The notes: generated from the sequence alone by a model not told the origin. A stretch of DNA of 64,000 nucleotides from an uncultured Acidimicrobiia bacterium (GCA_963786955.1 CAWBAT010000004.1:288001-352000); one strand, 5' to 3'. Positions 18,689 through 28,644 are shown, numbered from the stretch's first letter. Numbers and translations: made by a program.

Positions 18689-19354
18689 TCAGCCCTCTTG
18701 CTCAAGCTCTCGCACCATGAAATCCTGAACTTGCGAGAAATCCTTAAGCTCTTCAAAAGGGATTCCCTCGGCCGCGCAGAATCGGGCGAGCCCCGCCTTG
18801 GCAAAGACAAGGTCGGCCTCCACGGCTGCTCTCCGGTCAGACAAGCCGTCACCGGCAAAAACAGTTACATAGCCCGCTTGCCTTGCCATCTGAAGCGCAG
18901 CTCCTTTGTCATGGCCCCATGGAGTGTCGTCGCGGAAATGGATGTCCCAATGCCCATTTTCAATTTGGATCCGATTGGCGAGAATGCGAACAAAATCCAG
19001 CTCGTAAGGTAACAGTAGGTTTTCAATGACCTCTTGCATCCCTCCGCTGAGCACCGTGAGAGGGGCACCGCGTTCTTGGCACCAGCGGGCAAACGGGATG
19101 AAGGTCCCGTCGATGACGACATCTCTCTTCAAAATTTCCAAGATTTCGTCAAGACTGCCCCGGATGCTGGCTACTTCCAACCGGATCCCCTCGCGGAGAG
19201 TAAGTTCACCGGAATAGAGCTTTCCGCCAATCTCTCTCCGAAATTCAACCCCGGCAAAGACTTCCGTTAAGTGATTCAAAGTATCCGGATGGGCAATGGT
19301 TCCATCAAAGTCAGTGAACACGGCAATGGCTGCGTGGCGTAAAAGGCGGCTCAA
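18689..19354 (-). CDS. HAD-IB phosphatase (MtnX-like)
   Basis: DFDGTI, LSGG, GDGLSD. Confidence 0.85.
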   Translation of the reverse strand: MSRLLRHAAIAVFTDFDGTIAHPDTLNHLTEVFAGVEFRREIGGKLYSGELTLREGIRLEVASIRGSLDEILEILKRDVVIDGTFIPFARWCQERGAPLTVLSGGMQEVIENLLLPYELDFVRILANRIQIENGHWDIHFRDDTPWGHDKGAALQMARQAGYVTVFAGDGLSDRRAAVEADLVFAKAGLARFCAAEGIPFEELKDFSQVQDFMVRELEQEG

Positions 19355-19506
19355 TATTCTCCTCCAAGGCAGACATCATGCCTCGACTGAAATCGTCTCT
19401 CAACAAAAATCACCTTGAAACCAAAATAGTCGCAGTATCTAATACAGACACAGTAGGGTTTGTAATAATTTTCTTCTTGGGGGCGGAGTGCGAAAGTTTA
19501 TACAAG

Positions 19507-19550
19507 CCCCCCTCACCCCCGGCACCCTCTCCCTCGTTGGGGAGAGGGGA
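19507..19550. repeat. CCCTCACCCC..CCCTCTCCC..GGGAGAGGG repeat
   Basis: CCCCCCTCACCCCCGGCACCCTCTCCCTCGTTGGGGAGAGGGGA. Confidence 0.7.
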
Positions 19551-19600
19551 GTCGATGATTCGTTCTTGTGTTCCTCTTCCGCGTTGGGGAATTGAAAAAG

Positions 19601-19660
19601 TCCCCCTTGGAAGGGGGATGAAGGCTTGAGAAGCCTTCATGCAAGACTGCGGGGGATGTC
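19601..19660. repeat. TCCCCCTT/AAGGGGGA repeat with inserted TTGAGAA-loop hairpin
   Basis: TCCCCCTTGGAAGGGGGA-TGAAGGC-TTGAGAA-GCCTTCAT..GGGGGATGT; hairpin-free relative near 14646-14678. Confidence 0.6.
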
Positions 19661-19859
19661 CTCTTTGCAGCCCTCCACAAGGCATGCAGCCCCCAGCACT
19701 TCTACTTGGGGGAAAGGTTTATCTTTTAGCTGACGGACCGTGTGTCCGACGGCCAGTGGCAATACGGGGCGGGGGCAAGCGGGCTACCCTTTGACCTTCG
19801 TCAGTGTTAAGCTATTGAATTGATGCATTCTCACCTTATCTGGAAAAAGGAGAATCTTC

Positions 19860-21296
19860 ATGGGGCCACAAAGAAATATTCTTCGTTTGGTAATCTCTTT
19901 TCTTGGAAACACGCCAGTTAGAGCAGGCCGCATCGTTCCTTGCGGATTTTTCATTACCGTGCTCTTCCTGATGGCCATCTGTTTTCCTCAAATAGCATCG
20001 ACCGAGACCCAGTCGACCAAGAAAAGCCCGGCACATCGTAGTTCCGCTCCAGGAAAGACCCCAAGAACTCCTCCGAGCGCTAATGAAATATCCAAACAGT
20101 GGTTTCAGGACGCCAAGTTTGGCCTCTTCATCCACTGGGGGGTTTACAGTGTTCTGGGGCAAGGGGAATGGGTGATGAATAACAACAAGATGCCCATCAC
20201 CGATTATGAAAAGTTGCCCTCGCAGTTTAACCCTGTAGACTTCAATGCCGCCGAGTGGGTCAGCCTGGCAAAAGCCGCCGGGATGAAGTACATCACCATT
20301 ACCAGTAAGCACCATGATGGCTTTGCGATGTTTGATTCGAAGGTTTCAGACTATGACATGGTCGATCAAACCCCCTATAAGAAAGACGTCTTAAAGGCAT
20401 TAGCAGCCGAGTGCCGGAAACAAGGGATCAAGCTGTTTTTCTATTATTCTCAGCTGGATTGGCATCACCCGGACTATTTTCCATTAGGAAGAACGGGGGA
20501 GAATTCGGGAAGGCCAGCGAGTGGAGTCTGGAATAATTATCTGGACTATATGGACAATCAGTTAAAAGAGTTGTGTAGCAATTACGGTGAGATTGGCGGC
20601 ATCTGGTTTGACGGCTGGTGGGACAAACCTGACGCGGACTGGCGCTTAGAAAAAACCTACAAACTCATTCATGACCTGCAGCCGAATGCCTTGATCGGCA
20701 ATAACCATCATCGGAAGCCTTTTCCTGGCGAAGACTTTCAGATGTTCGAAAAAGATTTGCCCGGCAGTAATACAGCCGGACATAGTCCCAACTCCGAAAT
20801 TGGAACTCTGCCCTTGGAAACCTGCGAAACCATTAATACGTCCTGGGGTTACAATAAGAACGACGGTACTTTCAAGAGCGACAAGACACTGCTTCATTAC
20901 CTCATTAAGGCTGCCGGGCACAATGCGAATTTCCTGCTCAATGTGGGTCCGACCCCCAACGGCCAGATTCAACCGGAATTCGTCACGCGTCTCAAATCCC
21001 TAGGGGAATGGCTCGGTCGTTACGGGGAAAGTATTTATGGAACACGCGAAGGACCGATCACTCCGAGACCGTGGGGCGTCAGCACGCAGAAAGGAAACAA
21101 AGTCTATTTACACATTTTGGATTGGCAGGACCAACTCTTGCCTCTCCCAAAGATGAACGGACTGATTCGCAGCGCGAAGTACATGAAGTCGGGCCGCAAG
21201 GTCGACATCGTTGATACTGGAATGGGCTTGGTGATCAACTTTGCGCAGGAGACTTTAGATCCGATCGACACGATTATCGTACTGGAGCTGTCATGA
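19860..21296 (+). CDS. Alpha-L-fucosidase (GH29)
   Basis: WFQDAKFGLFIHWG, TSKHHDGF, IWFDGWW, LLNVGP; start codon uncertain. Confidence 0.93.
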   Translation: MGPQRNILRLVISFLGNTPVRAGRIVPCGFFITVLFLMAICFPQIASTETQSTKKSPAHRSSAPGKTPRTPPSANEISKQWFQDAKFGLFIHWGVYSVLGQGEWVMNNNKMPITDYEKLPSQFNPVDFNAAEWVSLAKAAGMKYITITSKHHDGFAMFDSKVSDYDMVDQTPYKKDVLKALAAECRKQGIKLFFYYSQLDWHHPDYFPLGRTGENSGRPASGVWNNYLDYMDNQLKELCSNYGEIGGIWFDGWWDKPDADWRLEKTYKLIHDLQPNALIGNNHHRKPFPGEDFQMFEKDLPGSNTAGHSPNSEIGTLPLETCETINTSWGYNKNDGTFKSDKTLLHYLIKAAGHNANFLLNVGPTPNGQIQPEFVTRLKSLGEWLGRYGESIYGTREGPITPRPWGVSTQKGNKVYLHILDWQDQLLPLPKMNGLIRSAKYMKSGRKVDIVDTGMGLVINFAQETLDPIDTIIVLELS

Positions 21297-22069
21297 AGTT
21301 CTGGCTCATGACAAGTAGCTTTCTTTTCCTGACTCTTCCTCTGCCAGCGGACGATACCCTGCCTGCCGTCGTGAGAAAAGATGGAGTCCATACTTGGGAA
21401 AACGTCGGAGAAATCATTAAGATCTCAGGGAAGACCCTGACCCTGCGACGCACCTTGCGGCTCAGTGAGGCTACCTGGAGTCTTCTTCCTGGCGCCATTT
21501 CCAACACTTCCCAACTTCAGCCGGGAGACCGCATACACGCTAAGGGGAGCACTCTGGCCGACGGAATCTACGATACCCGGCGCATCTATTTGACCTCAAC
21601 GGCAGCCCCTCGCTCGTCTCATGATACCGGCGCACCGCGCACTCAAACTGCTGACTTTGGGGGCCCCGACGCTCGAGATCCAACCCGAGGGCTTGGCTAC
21701 CCAGGTGGAGGTGGAGGGGACGGACAAGGCCGAGCCAGCCCCGGCATTGGGGGACGTATCCCTCCCGCCGGCCAGCCGGGAGGCGGAGAGACACGCACCC
21801 AAGTGGACCCGCAAGACCCTCAGCCTGCGGATCAAATTCGATTTCTGCCGGGAGACGTTGAAGGGATCGTCGAAGAAGTCAAAGCTTCAGAGCTCATTCT
21901 CTCTCAGGGAATCATATTCGGCAAAGAAACCATTATTCGTGGGAAGTCAGGGGAAACTGCAAATGAAAAAGTGCTTCAAATCGGCGCACGAGTGGCCGTT
22001 ACTATCAAAGACGATGTTGATGTGAAATCGATGGCCCGAAAGGCAACAGTCATCCGAATTCTGCCTTGA
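21293..22069 (+). CDS. Secreted hypothetical protein (DUF5666-like OB repeats, Gly/Pro linker)
   Basis: Signal peptide, LQPGDRIHAKG and LQIGARVAV motifs. Confidence 0.55.
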   Translation: MKFWLMTSSFLFLTLPLPADDTLPAVVRKDGVHTWENVGEIIKISGKTLTLRRTLRLSEATWSLLPGAISNTSQLQPGDRIHAKGSTLADGIYDTRRIYLTSTAAPRSSHDTGAPRTQTADFGGPDARDPTRGLGYPGGGGGDGQGRASPGIGGRIPPAGQPGGGETRTQVDPQDPQPADQIRFLPGDVEGIVEEVKASELILSQGIIFGKETIIRGKSGETANEKVLQIGARVAVTIKDDVDVKSMARKATVIRILP

Positions 22070-22163
22070 TTTAAAAAACGCCGACGTTCAGGCCCAATGA
22101 ATAAAAGTTTGTTGTCCCCTCGTCCATTTGCCCGAACCCGGGAGACAGAATAGGATTCCAGTA

Positions 22164-22817
22164 ATGAAGACTATTTCAATTGCAGCCCCTTGTAATGGTT
22201 CAGGCAAAACCTCCTTGATTTTGGCACTGCTCCATACATTCCCCCATCTTTTTGCGGTGACAAAATTTACGACGATTTACAAGGAAGAGCAATTTTGCCC
22301 GACTAAAGACCATGATTGTGCCTGTCACAGGCTTGTGGGGGACTATCTCATTTGTAATGACCCCACGATTCTTTCGCAGCCCGACACCGACACTGGGAAG
22401 ATCTGGAAAGCGGGGGCACGTCAAACCCTCTGGTGCGTAGCGCGTCACGAAGGGTATCCCAGGATGGTCGAGGAGTTTTTGTCCCGCTGCCTCAACTCCG
22501 GAACCCCACATCTTATGGAAGGAAACACGGTCGTGAATTATCTTGAACCGACGATGCAGCTTTTTCTTTTTAATCCCTTTCTCCCAAAGTCCTGGTGGAA
22601 ATCAGACACAGAGGAATTCCTGGCAAAGGCCGACTGGGTCATCATCAATCCTCATTCAGACCATGAAGGTAAGGCCGCAACCCTTGATGCCACGCAGACC
22701 CTCCCGATCCTCGAGCCTTACCGTGAAAAATGTATTCAGTTGGAAAATCCGGCAACCCTTCGTAACTGGAATGACCAGCGACTCTATCAGCAGATCTCAC
22801 AACTTTTGACAACCTGA
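22164..22817 (+). CDS. P-loop protein (MobB-like), Cys-containing
   Basis: GSGKTS Walker A, CPTKDHDCACH, DTDTGK..AGA, MEGN. Confidence 0.6.
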   Translation: MKTISIAAPCNGSGKTSLILALLHTFPHLFAVTKFTTIYKEEQFCPTKDHDCACHRLVGDYLICNDPTILSQPDTDTGKIWKAGARQTLWCVARHEGYPRMVEEFLSRCLNSGTPHLMEGNTVVNYLEPTMQLFLFNPFLPKSWWKSDTEEFLAKADWVIINPHSDHEGKAATLDATQTLPILEPYREKCIQLENPATLRNWNDQRLYQQISQLLTT

Positions 22818-22857
22818 AGCCTGCCGAGTTGACGTCTTTTCTGTCAGGCTTAGCTAA

Positions 22858-23017
22858 GTACTCCATTTCATAAATACACTAACGCAACTTCTAGCTGCCA
22901 GCAAAGTGTGGGGGAGCGGGCGCTCCCGCGCACGCTTGAACGCGCGCGGAGCTCGCGTTCCACCATTAAAAAGCCCGACCGCTGAAAATACGTGATCGCT
23001 TTTATGAAACGGAGCAC
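22858..23017. mobile_element. MITE-like element enclosing a REP-like hairpin pair
   Basis: Terminal inverted repeats GTACTCCATTTCATAAA / TTTATGAAACGGAGCAC (15 of 17 match). Confidence 0.55.
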
Positions 23018-23110
23018 AAAGCCGGAGCAAGGGGCCTGTTTAGCGTTGATTATTGGAATTTGAGGCGGGGCAGATTCGGAGGAATTCTCCCGTATCCCTC
23101 TAAAGGGGTC

Positions 23111-24958
23111 TCAAGCAAGTTCTTTGACTCTTTTGATGATACAAGCAGCGCTGATGCCATAACGATCAAGTAATTCCTCGGGTTTCCCTGAGCGCGGAAC
23201 TTCCTGGACAGCTAATTTGTGGACCTTGACATCGTGGATCGCCACAGCATTCAAGACAGCATCGCCCAAACCACCATCGGAATAATGATCTTCAACAACC
23301 AGCAGGCTTCGACTCGTCTGGGCCGCCGCTTCCTGCAGTCCTTTCGAATCGATTGGCTTAACTGAATAAGCATCCAGAACTCGAATCGAGATCCCTTCTT
23401 CAGCCAGTTTGTCAGCCGCCTTTAATGCTTCCCACACTGTGACTCCTGCAGCAACAACCGTCAGCCGGTCATGGGCACTGGACCGAACGGTTTTGCTGCC
23501 CCCGATATGAAACAATTCCTCATTCTGATACAGCACCGGAGTCTTCGGACGACTGGTTCGTATGTAGACGATCCCCTGGTAGTCAGCGGCCAACGCCACG
23601 ACTTTTTCAGTTGAAACAGCGTCGCAAGGGTAGAAGACCACCGCCTGTGGGAGAGTGCGGAAAAAAGCCAAATCCTCCAAGGCCATCTGAGAAGGTCCAT
23701 CCTCTCCGATCGAGACCCCACAATGTGACCCGACACATTTAATGTTCGCCATTGAAATCCCCGCCATCCGCAAGTGGTCCATGGACCGTCCAAAAAAAGC
23801 GCCAAATGTTGACGCAAATGGGATCTTACCGCATTTGGAAAGTCCGACCGCCACCCCGACCATGTTTTGTTCTGCAATGAATGCCTCAAAAAAGCGGTCC
23901 GGGAAGGCATTCATAAATCGATCCGCAAAAGTCGAGTTTTTTGTATCTCCATCGATCGCAACCACCGACGAATTTGCCTTGCCCAGTTTTACGAGCGCAG
24001 TCCCGTAGGCTTCTCGGGTGGCCACTAGATCCCCCAGCTTGTATTCAGGCGCCTCCATAGAATGCTTTACGACCAGGGACGGCTGGCTGGCTCCAGAGGG
24101 GACTGTGATCCGAAGCTTCGGCGAATTGCCCTTCAGCGGCAATTCCGCTAAGGCTTTTTCCAGTTCTTCGCCTCTCTTGACCGGTTTGCCGTGCCAGCCA
24201 TCCTTGTCTTCGAGGAAAGAGACCCCCTTCCCTTTCTTGGTATGGGCAATGATGGCCACAGGTGAATTCTTAACGCTGCGGCTCTGATCAAACGCATCCA
24301 GTATCGCACCCATATCATGGCCATCGATAACGATCGTATGCCATCCAAATCCCGAAAATTTCTTGGCATAGCTATCGACATGGTCACCATGCATGGTCGC
24401 CTGGCTCTGCCCAAGCCGGTTGACGTCGACAATGGCGACCAGATTATCCAGTTGATAATAAGCAGCGAGAGCAGCCGCCTCCCAAACCCCACCTTCGGCG
24501 GTCTCTCCGTCGCCCATCAGGATATACGTACGATAATCCAATTTCTCCAGACGTTTGGCGTTGAGGGCGATACCCACACCGGCAGATAGCCCCTGACCCA
24601 GTGAACCGGTCGCGACATCGACCCACTTGAGGCGAGGAGTCGGGTGACCTTCCAAATCACTGTCCAGCCGGCGTAGAGTGAGCAATTGATCAACTGGAAT
24701 AATTCCAGCTTCGGCCCAAGCCGCATAGAGAACAGGGGCAGCGTGCCCCTTCGAAAGGATGAACCGATCATTCTGGGCATTTCGTGGATTCTCCGGATCA
24801 TAGCGCATCACTGAAAAAAACAGGGCCGAAACAAGGTCTGCCGCCGACATACAGGAAGTTGGATGACCCGAGCCTGCCTCGGCAGTCGAGCGAAGAGAAT
24901 GAATGCGCAGTCGAGTGGCTTTGTCATTGAGTGCTTGGATGAGTTCGGTTCTTGTCAT
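23111..24958 (-). CDS. tkt: Transketolase
   Basis: SGHPTS, LSKGHA, EGHPTP, TGSLGQG, GDGE, GEDGPSQM. Confidence 0.95.
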   Translation of the reverse strand: MTRTELIQALNDKATRLRIHSLRSTAEAGSGHPTSCMSAADLVSALFFSVMRYDPENPRNAQNDRFILSKGHAAPVLYAAWAEAGIIPVDQLLTLRRLDSDLEGHPTPRLKWVDVATGSLGQGLSAGVGIALNAKRLEKLDYRTYILMGDGETAEGGVWEAAALAAYYQLDNLVAIVDVNRLGQSQATMHGDHVDSYAKKFSGFGWHTIVIDGHDMGAILDAFDQSRSVKNSPVAIIAHTKKGKGVSFLEDKDGWHGKPVKRGEELEKALAELPLKGNSPKLRITVPSGASQPSLVVKHSMEAPEYKLGDLVATREAYGTALVKLGKANSSVVAIDGDTKNSTFADRFMNAFPDRFFEAFIAEQNMVGVAVGLSKCGKIPFASTFGAFFGRSMDHLRMAGISMANIKCVGSHCGVSIGEDGPSQMALEDLAFFRTLPQAVVFYPCDAVSTEKVVALAADYQGIVYIRTSRPKTPVLYQNEELFHIGGSKTVRSSAHDRLTVVAAGVTVWEALKAADKLAEEGISIRVLDAYSVKPIDSKGLQEAAAQTSRSLLVVEDHYSDGGLGDAVLNAVAIHDVKVHKLAVQEVPRSGKPEELLDRYGISAACIIKRVKELA

Positions 24959-25125
24959 GAGTGCCTCGCAGGATAAGGTTGTCTTCACAATCAAACGCGT
25001 CATCTTATAATGATTTCCGCTTGTTTTCAAATTGGCATATTTGCCAACGAGTTGCTAATCTTGGGAAAGACGTGGGAGAATTACTAGTGACTCGAAAAGA
25101 AACCACTGAACGGTCCAACAACCCA

Positions 25126-25341
25126 ATGGACATTAAGCCACGGCCCAACCACCCTAAGTACCTCGAGATTCTTCGAAGCATGCCCCCCGAGCAAAGATTA
25201 CTGAAGGCTTTTGAGCTTTCAGAATTCTCCAAACGACTATTCCTGGCAGGTCTAAGATATCGATTCAAAAACCTTTCAGAAGCGGAACTGGGAGTTCTGG
25301 CCACGAAGCGGCTTGAAAAATGTCACAACAGGAACTATTAG
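25126..25341 (+). CDS. Small putative antitoxin (MenA1/Rv0078B-like)
   Basis: 71 aa, M.PEQRL..AFELS....L..GLR.R....SE.EL pattern; overlaps the downstream NTase. Confidence 0.6.
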   Translation: MDIKPRPNHPKYLEILRSMPPEQRLLKAFELSEFSKRLFLAGLRYRFKNLSEAELGVLATKRLEKCHNRNY

Positions 25342-25883
25342 CAAAACTTGTGCATTTCCTGAATGCCGAACAGATCCCCTACCTGCTCACCGGATCTGTA
25401 GCATCGAGCCTCCATGGAGAACCACGCTCAACCCACGATGTGGATGTAATCGTAGTCCTTGACGCGAATTCAGTGACTCAATTGCTAAAGAAATTTCAGA
25501 GGCCCGGGTATTATCTGGATGAAATGTGCGTGCGTGAGGCTGTGGAAAAGGGTGGAATGTTCAACCTGATTTCTGCCGAGGGTGACAAAGTCGATTTTTG
25601 GATGCTTACACCAGACCCCTTTGATCAGTCTCGCTTTGCTCGCCGGACAATCGTGGATTTCATGGGAATGCAGCTGACTGTATCTAGTCCTGAGGATACG
25701 ATCCTAGCGAAACTGTATTGGGCCAAACTCTCCGGCGGAAGCGAGAAACATGTGCATGATTCACTGAGAGTTTACGAAGTGCAGTATGGGCACTTAGACC
25801 TAGAATACCTCCAAGACTGGGCAAGAAGACTATCGGTCGAGGAACTCCTGATCAGAATACGCACAGAAGCCGAACCCATCTAA
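25320..25883 (+). CDS. Nucleotidyltransferase-fold protein (MenT/AbiEii-like putative toxin)
   Basis: TGSVAS..HGEPRSTHDVD, SPEDTILAKL, K...D. Confidence 0.75.
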   Translation: MSQQELLAKLVHFLNAEQIPYLLTGSVASSLHGEPRSTHDVDVIVVLDANSVTQLLKKFQRPGYYLDEMCVREAVEKGGMFNLISAEGDKVDFWMLTPDPFDQSRFARRTIVDFMGMQLTVSSPEDTILAKLYWAKLSGGSEKHVHDSLRVYEVQYGHLDLEYLQDWARRLSVEELLIRIRTEAEPI

Positions 25884-26149
25884 AGAAGAGAACTCTCCCT
25901 TTGACCACCCGGTTGAAGACTCGGTAGCCACGATTGACGGGCCTTCTCGGTCTATCGTGGGTTTTTGGATCCGAGGCTCACGATACTGAAATTTACCCTG
26001 TGACACTCTGTTCCACGATTGAACGGCCAGAAGGCGCCGTTCAATCGTGGCTACCAGAAAATCCGACCGCTCGGTCTTGTTGCGGCCTTTCACTGAATGT
26101 GGGAGCCGTTCTCCTAACAGCCAAGAGTGATTGCGTTTCCCGGCCAAAC

Positions 26150-26358
26150 TTGGCGCAGGGGCAAGTCCCCGCAGCGGCGTCCTGGGTTGCGATCACAATG
26201 AATCAGCGGCGCCCTCAAAATAAGGGCGCGACAATCCGGACTAGAGGTGTGTTGCACTCTTCAGGGTGTCTTTTCATGGGTGGCCCGTGACCCAGGGCGC
26301 CGCTCCGGGCTTCGCCCTCCACTCTGCCCTGGGCTATTTTCTCTTGCCCTTTCAGGTC
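26150..26358. repeat. Gene-less pair of structured repeats related to the TnpA flanks
   Basis: CACTCTTCAGGGTG hairpin, CCCAGGGC..GCCCTGGGCTATT, GCCCTTTCAGGTC (26254-26358); eroded inverted partner ending GCGCCCT..AGGGCGC. Confidence 0.55.
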
Positions 26359-26519
26359 AGCGGAAATGTCCAATCTCCAGAGACAGCAGCTTTAAGCCTC
26401 TGTCAAGTCACCTGAAATTTTTGCTTAGTAGGATCGACGTTCGACCTTATCATAGGGGCGACTGAACATCGAGTCGTGTCTTTCACTAGTGTTTGCTTTG
26501 CCAAGGGGTTCAACCAAAG

Positions 26520-27497
26520 ATGAAAAAGATTTTAATCACAGGAGGGGCTGGTTATGTGGGCTCCCACACGGTCAAGGAGCTTTTGAAACTCGGCTACTCC
26601 ACTGTCGTCTTGGATAACTTGATCCATGGGCACCGCGAATTAGTCCAGGGCGGTGAACTCGTGGTAGGAGATCTGCAGGATAGTGCCTTACTCCAAGATA
26701 TCTTCTCACGACACTCCATCGACGCCGTCACACACTTTGCCGCTTTTGCCTATGTGGGCGAATCGGTCACTGACCCGGGCAAATACTACCGCAATAATGT
26801 GTGCGGCACGTTGAACCTCGTCGAAGCGATGCTTAAGGCGGGAGTCAGCCAGATGATCTTCTCGTCAACCTGTGCCACCTATGGGCATCCTCAGGAAATT
26901 CCAATCACTGAGAAGCACTTGCAGAATCCCATTAACCCTTATGGAAACTCCAAACTCATGGTGGAGCAGATTCTCCGTGATTTTGGAAATTCACATGGCC
27001 TAAAATCAGTCATCTTTCGCTATTTCAATGCGGCCGGTGCAGACCCCGAAAACCAAATTGGGGAGTGGCACGACCCAGAAACGCATCTCATTCCATTGGT
27101 GCTGGATGTGGCCGCAGAAAGAAAAGAAGCAGTCCAGATTTTTGGAACTGATTATGATACCTTTGACGGGACATGTGTTCGGGATTACATCCATGTGACC
27201 GATTTGGCCAGTGCTCACATACTCGGGTTGAGGCATTTGGAGGCCGAACGGGGCAGCGAGATTTTTAACTTGGGAAATGGTCAGGGATACTCAGTTTGGC
27301 AAGTCATCGAATGCGCCGAGAAGATAACGGGGAAAAGAATCGAGGCGCAACGATCTCCCCGGCGTTCGGGGGATCCTGCGGTGCTGGTGGGAAGTTCCGA
27401 AAAAGCTCAGAAGATTTTAGGGTGGAAAACTCGATTCCCTAGGCTGGAAGACATCATCGGCACGGCTTGGAAATGGCACCAAAAAGCAAAAGAATAA
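26520..27497 (+). CDS. galE: UDP-glucose 4-epimerase
   Basis: TGGAGYVGSH, FSSTCATYG, YGNSK, RYFNAAGA, RDYIHV. Confidence 0.95.
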   Translation: MKKILITGGAGYVGSHTVKELLKLGYSTVVLDNLIHGHRELVQGGELVVGDLQDSALLQDIFSRHSIDAVTHFAAFAYVGESVTDPGKYYRNNVCGTLNLVEAMLKAGVSQMIFSSTCATYGHPQEIPITEKHLQNPINPYGNSKLMVEQILRDFGNSHGLKSVIFRYFNAAGADPENQIGEWHDPETHLIPLVLDVAAERKEAVQIFGTDYDTFDGTCVRDYIHVTDLASAHILGLRHLEAERGSEIFNLGNGQGYSVWQVIECAEKITGKRIEAQRSPRRSGDPAVLVGSSEKAQKILGWKTRFPRLEDIIGTAWKWHQKAKE

Positions 27498-27720
27498 AGC
27501 CGTCAGATGATGATAGAAAATTCAGAAGCAGGTTTGATAAGATAGCAACGAGTCTTGGCACTTCTGTGTTTCTTCCCTGCAACGGGTACATACTCCATTC
27601 CACTATTTTTGAGGGATATACAGGTGAGATCATCAGGGTAGCTACAAGAGACAGTCACGTAACTTCATCGTGTCAACGGCACAGAGTTTATATCATCGCG
27701 ATTGAAAGGATGGAACGCTC

Positions 27721-28494
27721 ATGGAAAGAATCTGTTTAGTTCTTGTTTTCCTCTTTCTCCTGACACCTGCTTACTCGGCGGAACTAACACCTCCCACGGC
27801 TCAGATCTCGGCTGCATCCACCCAGATCACGGTTCCAACATCGGCCAATACACCTGGGGCCCTCGGGGGCATCTTCAAGACAAAGCTCGTCCTATTCAAT
27901 CCGTCGCTCTTCACCTATCCCATTCAAGTGACACTCTATGGTATCAACGGACCGGTTAGTCAAAAGACAATCAACATGTCTGCGGGCCAAATTCGAAATT
28001 ATGAAAACTTTCTTGAAGAGGTATTTGCATACACTGGGGCAGGCGCCGTGAATTTTGACAGCCTGACAATTCCCGGCGGTAGTCCCAATTACAGATTCCT
28101 AGTGAATTCAGAAGTTTATATCGATGGGCCGAGCGGGAGATTCAAAACAGTGGTCATGACCGGAACCCCTTTGGATCCGGTTTCGCCTGGTGTCAATGCC
28201 TACAGTACCGGCATCACTCAAGACTCATCTAACCGCGTCAATATTGGATGCTTTAACGCGTCATCCCTCGCTAACATAATCGTGGCCGAAGTCTATGATT
28301 CCTCGAATCAGTTAGTAAAAACCGTTTCGATTACTCTCTCAGGGGGAAGCTGGGGTCAAGTACCGCTCGGTACCAGTGTCACTGGGGGCTATATTTCCTG
28401 GAAGCCTAGTACGATCGCCTACTGCTATGCAGTTGTGGTGAACAACACCTCAAATGATGGCAGCTTTATTCCCGCAGCCAACTACAACCCCTAG
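27721..28494 (+). CDS. Secreted hypothetical beta-rich protein
   Basis: Signal peptide; G..G.F.T.L.L.NP, RVNIG.FN, YAVVVNN.SND. Confidence 0.7.
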   Translation: MERICLVLVFLFLLTPAYSAELTPPTAQISAASTQITVPTSANTPGALGGIFKTKLVLFNPSLFTYPIQVTLYGINGPVSQKTINMSAGQIRNYENFLEEVFAYTGAGAVNFDSLTIPGGSPNYRFLVNSEVYIDGPSGRFKTVVMTGTPLDPVSPGVNAYSTGITQDSSNRVNIGCFNASSLANIIVAEVYDSSNQLVKTVSITLSGGSWGQVPLGTSVTGGYISWKPSTIAYCYAVVVNNTSNDGSFIPAANYNP

Positions 28495-28644
28495 CGCTCC
28501 GACCCGACCAGCTCGTCACCCATTTGAATCTAAATGGTACAGGCAATCCCGCCCTGCCAAACGCAAATCTGCAAAATCAAGAGCTGCCGTTCTTGTGCGC
28601 CTTCCGACCTGCACCGGAGCGCTCGCTCCACTCTGTTGCTGACA

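Noticed and set aside
23111-24958. Short, animal-type-looking transketolase as a possible eukaryotic transfer
   Set aside because: This transketolase type is known in many bacteria, and nothing in the sequence indicates recent transfer.
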